DNA of 34,892 nt, taken from assembly GCA_038279365.1 (NCBI GenBank), contig JAYODI010000042.1:1-34892 (forward strand), given 5' to 3'. Below, piece by piece: positions 34,620 through 34,892 of this stretch. Under the pieces are notes generated by a model that was not told where the DNA came from, searched no databases, and saw only the letters and a list, made by a program, of their open reading frames with translations. How positions within the stretch are numbered: the first letter of the stretch is position 1; the number at the start of each line of letters is the position of its first letter. A program made the translations under genes and the position numbers. This DNA is from Candidatus Latescibacterota bacterium. Its GTDB lineage: Bacteria; Latescibacterota; UBA2968.

Positions 34620-34892
34620 TTGAAAAAAACAGAATACGATGGCCCCAAATACATCGTTGTAACAGGTGGGGTGATCAGCGGTGTCGGAAAAGGGTTGGCC
34701 ACGGCATCCATTGGCAAAATTTTACAACACTATGGCTACAAAACCACTGCGATTAAAATTGACCCCTATCTCAATTACGACGCCGGAACACTGCGCCCTA
34801 CTGAACATGGAGAGGTGTGGGTGACCGATGATGGGGGAGAAATTGATTTGGATTTGGGAAATTATGAGCGGTTTTTAGGCTTAGACTTACCC
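34620..34892 (+). CDS. pyrG: CTP synthase, 3'-truncated (not in the ORF track)
   Basis: GGGAGG SD, TTG start; translates [32 protein letters not shown]...[41 protein letters not shown]. Confidence 0.95.
   Translation, partial: MKKTEYDGPKYIVVTGGVISGVGKGLATASIGKILQHYGYKTTAIKIDPYLNYDAGTLRPTEHGEVWVTDDGGEIDLDLGNYERFLGLDLP

Overview
Bacterial chromosomal window (roughly 40-45% GC by eye), densely coding, with no integrase, transposase, CRISPR array or rRNA. A dockerin-like EF-hand pair plus a 'NYPNPFNP' C-terminal domain and a GWxTD-family gene suggest an FCB-group organism such as Latescibacterota (inference). Left to right: the 3' end of a dockerin/cohesin-like protein with an FlgD-Ig/T9SS-like tail; a minus-strand cluster (secreted LamG protein with four TerB-like repeats, GldA/GldF-like ABC transporter, an internally duplicated GldG-like subunit, DUF4340-like protein); GH88-like hydrolase; M42 peptidase; DUF547 protein; four stand-alone receiver-domain genes (two degenerate) with no histidine kinase in the window; a FapA/DUF342-like protein; DegT aminotransferase; secreted LRV-repeat protein; FAD/Fe-S oxidoreductase; acylphosphatase; apt; tRNA-Arg(CCT); a 717-aa protein with widely split PilZ-type motifs; an envelope trio (FN3/propeller lipoprotein, DUF5683-like protein, TPR-GWxTD protein); two overlapping small ORFs; ruvX-mltG-pcrA; a lone gatC; and the 5' end of an atypical pyrG missing from the ORF track. 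Best candidates for undescribed biology are the split-PilZ/FapA/pseudo-receiver signalling set, the LamG-TerB plus double-GldG ABC locus, and the GWxTD envelope trio. All family calls come from motif recognition by eye; no searches were run.
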